Of a stretch of DNA of 64,000 bases, positions 61,121 through 64,000 are shown piece by piece. A model generated the notes under the pieces. That model saw only the letters and a list, made by a program, of their open reading frames with translations. It searched no databases and had not been told where the DNA came from. The position numbers and the translations under genes are program-made. Within the stretch, counting starts at the first letter, position 1. Each line of letters opens with the position of its first letter. Source of the DNA: Cyanophora paradoxa CCMP329 (lineage: Eukaryota; Plantae; Glaucophyta); NCBI GenBank assembly GCA_004431415.1, contig QPMI01000013.1, forward strand, positions 62,001-126,000. The letters are read 5' to 3'.

Positions 61121-64000
61121 CTAGGCCTGGAGGCGGCCCTTCTTGGCGAGGGCGCGGAGGCCCTCCGCCAGGCCGTCCACCTTCGCGTGCAGCGCCGCAA
61201 GGCTCTCCGCCTGCGCGCCCCGGGGCCAGGGCCCCCCGTCATGGTCAGCCTCAGAAAGAAAGCTAAAGCTAAGGAAGCAAGCTTTAAAGCTGAGCCTTTT
61301 CTTTCTAAGGAAGCTAAAGCCAGGAGACTGAGATCCCGGCTGCCCGCCCTCTTAGATCGAGAGCTCAGCTACCCCGTCCTACTCTCTTCCTACCCCCGGC
61401 CCCTCACCCGGCCCGTCCGGCTCGCACCTGGCGGGCCCCGGCGCCTAGAAAGCAAGCTTATGCACTAGAAGGAAAGCTTAGCCCGATAAGAACGAGAGCC
61501 TCTAGCTTACGAGAGAGGAAGCTAAGCTAGGGACGGACCTGGCGGGCCTCGGCGCCCTGGACGCGGGCCTGGAGGGCCCCGAGGGCCTCCCCGAGGCGCT
61601 CCTCCAGCGCCCCCGTCTTCCGCGCGATCGCCTCCTGCGCGGGGGGTTCAGAGGGCTCAGAGGGACCGGGGCGCGAGAAGGAGAAGGGGCGAAAAGGGGG
61701 GGGGGGGGGGGGGGGGGGCGACGGGGATCAGAGGAGAAGGAGCAGGAGAGGGGAGGACGGGAAGCTTGAATTGAAGCCTGAGGGAGGGACCCCTAGGCTG
61801 AGGCGCGAATCCCCGGAGACCGGAGGTGAATCAAGCTTTGAGCTAACTTAGTAAACGCCTAAGAAGGACGGGGCCCCTGGACAAAGCGTGGGGGCATCGG
61901 GGCGCATGGACTCGTGCTGGACTTGCCCAGGCAGTTCCAAGCTAGGCGAGCTGCAGGGGCCGTGTGCTAGACATGGGCGGCGGCTGCAACCTAAGCGTCG
62001 CAGGCGGGGGCCCACGGACCTGGATGGCGGGGAGGAGGGTGTGCTTGAGGGCGGCGACGGCGGCGTCCTCCTCCCCCGCCCGCGCCCCCGTCGCGACCCC
62101 CCGGAACGGCGCCTCGATCCACTCCTCCAGCGCCTCCTCCCCGCCCTCGAGCTCGAGCTCGCCCAGGCCGGCCCGGAGGCTCAGCGCCCGCGCCGAGGCC
62201 GAGAGGAGGGGCCGCCCGCCCCCGCCGGGGGCCGCCCCCGGCGGCTCGTGCTCCAGCCCCGCGCGGAACGCAGCGGCCGCCATGGCCACGGGCCTGCGCG
62301 GGCGGGCGGGCGGGGCCCTGTTCAGCCGGTCGGCCCTCATTAAATAACAAGCGTTCGCACCGGACGTTCTTGCGCCAGCTCGCGCGGTCGGCGACGGTCC
62401 CGGGGGCGGGGCCCTTCCGCGGGCTCGGCTCCTCCCGGGGCGGCGCCACCCGCAGGCACCGCTGCAGACAGAAAGAATCGAAAGCAAGCACAGTGGGAGG
62501 GGCGAGGGGGGGCGACAAGGGCGGACTGCGAGGGGCACGAGGAGGAGGGCGATGAGGGGCTCGAGGAGGTTGAAAGGGGGCGGCAGGCGGAAGCCCCCCT
62601 CCTCGTACAGCAGCACCCGCTCCGTCAGCTGCGGCGCGGCGGAGGCGAGGAGGCGGGGAGCGAGAGTAAGTGAGCGGGGCGGGGTCAAGGGGCCGGGGAG
62701 GCGGCGCGAGGCGCGGCTAGGGTCGGCTGGGTTCGGCCCGGCCCGGCCCGGCGCGGCCCGGCGCGGCTCGTCGGGGCCGCGCTCTCTCGCACCTTGAAGA
62801 GGAGGGTGTCGCGGGATGCGACGGAGACGGCCGTGATCGTGTTCGAGAAGGAGGCGATCAGGAGGTTCTGGGGGGAGGCGGGCGAGGATTAAAATAGAGA
62901 GGAGGAGGAGAGGCGGGGAGGGACGCGGGACAGACGAGGAGGAGGATGTTGGTGAGGATGAGGAAGGCGGAGAAGATGACGCGCCCGAGGTAGGGCGAGC
63001 CCACCATCGACTGCGCCGCGAGGGAGAGGGTTGTCAGCGGGGGCCCGGGGGCAAGGGATTAGATCTACGTCAGAGGTCTATCTACGCCCAGAGGCGGGGC
63101 GGGCGGGGCGGGACAGAGGCTCGGGGCGGGGGCGAGCCGGGGGCGGGCCCGCTCGTACAGGAGGGGCCTATGTGGTCCGAGAGAAGGGAGGAGATCTAAA
63201 AGGCCGGGGCCGGGGCCGGGCCGGGGGAGAGGGCCGGGGACGGGGCTACTCGGGACGGGCCTGCTCGTACCAATGTGAGATCTACTAAGATCTCTCTTAG
63301 AGAGGCGGGGCCTATGTGATCCTGTGTCTAAGACCTACTCTTAGATCTACTAAGATTCAAGGGAGAGGGCCGGGGCGGCCCGAGGCGGTCGACGCCCAGA
63401 GGCGGGGCGGGGTGGCTCGGGCCGGGTCGAGCGGGCCCGGGGCGCGCCTGCTCGTACTGGATGTCGCCAAGCATGGCGCGGAAGAGGAAGTTGCTCGCCG
63501 AGAAGAAGTTCGGCCGGTCCTCCGGGCCCTGCGTACACGCAAGCGGGGCCGTGAGAGGTAGGATGGGGAGGGAGGGGAGGGGGAGGGGAGGGGAGGGGAG
63601 GGGAGGGGGCCCGAAAGGCCTGGCATTGTGGTCAACTAGGGATCTAGGGCGGGTATCGCGGGCTAGAGCGGCCGGGTGCGGACTAGATCTAGAGCACTGG
63701 GCGTGCCCGCGGGGGCGGAGGCGGAGGCGGGCGGTGTCCCCTCTAGCCCCCCCGTCCCGGAGAGCGCGCGGCGCAGGCAGGCACGGACGGTGGCCCAGAG
63801 TGCCTGGAAGGCCTGGGAGAAGCCGATGAGGACGACGCCGAGGATCGCCGAGAAGGTCAGGAAGTCCGTGAACATCTGAGAGGGGGGTATGGGAGGGCGG
63901 GAGGGAGGAGGGAGAAGGGGAGGAGCGGACGCCGATGATGATGGTCAGCATCTCGCCGAGCTGCGGGTTCGACTCGTCAGAGGCGAAAGAAAGAAGAGCA
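61121..64000 (-). CDS. TRP-like cation channel, 3' part; runs off the right end of the window
   Basis: S4-S5 linker NPQLGEMLTIII, S5 DFLTFSAILGVVLIGFSQAF, pore LFRAMLGD, S6 FLILTNILL/NLLIASFSNT, post-S6 LPPPFNLL and a C-terminal coiled coil. Confidence 0.85.

Overview
This is eukaryotic, very GC-rich, gene-dense nuclear DNA. I reconstruct about 26 protein-coding genes by hand, each broken by many short (mostly about 45-300 nt) spliceosomal introns, so most long ORFs in the supplied track are antisense or out-of-frame artefacts. A nucleus-encoded cyanobacterial-type YajQ with an MAF-starting, Ala/Ser-rich transit peptide suggests a glaucophyte such as Cyanophora (inference). Recognisable genes in order: Zn-alcohol dehydrogenase (partial), Shaker/SKOR-like CNBD-ankyrin channel, MYND protein, GRAM/WBP2-like protein, type I membrane protein, SRP receptor alpha, two unknowns, ZIP transporter, fRMsr/MsrC, Niban-like protein with a PX domain, ADP-ribosylglycohydrolase, oligoribonuclease, BRSK-like kinase, FN3 protein, beta/gamma-crystallin-repeat protein, MOK/LF4 kinase, syntaxin-5, METTL5, YajQ, two divergent F-box/LRR paralogues, glycerol dehydrogenase, C1D, SLC35B1-type transporter and a TRP-like channel (partial). 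The most notable observations are: (i) unusual splicing signals, with roughly one in five to six introns using GC donors and a GTGCGC-type consensus; (ii) non-coding DNA built from self-duplicated short palindromes, with gene-specific intron motifs; (iii) duplications across exon/intron junctions that look like intron/exon gain in progress; (iv) a K+-channel homologue with a degenerate filter (AAVGLGD); (v) a Niban-like protein with PX in place of PH; (vi) a plastid-targeted YajQ; (vii) near-strict strand alternation of genes. No rRNA, tRNA or CRISPR array was found. All gene models are manual, and boundaries marked approximate need RNA-seq.
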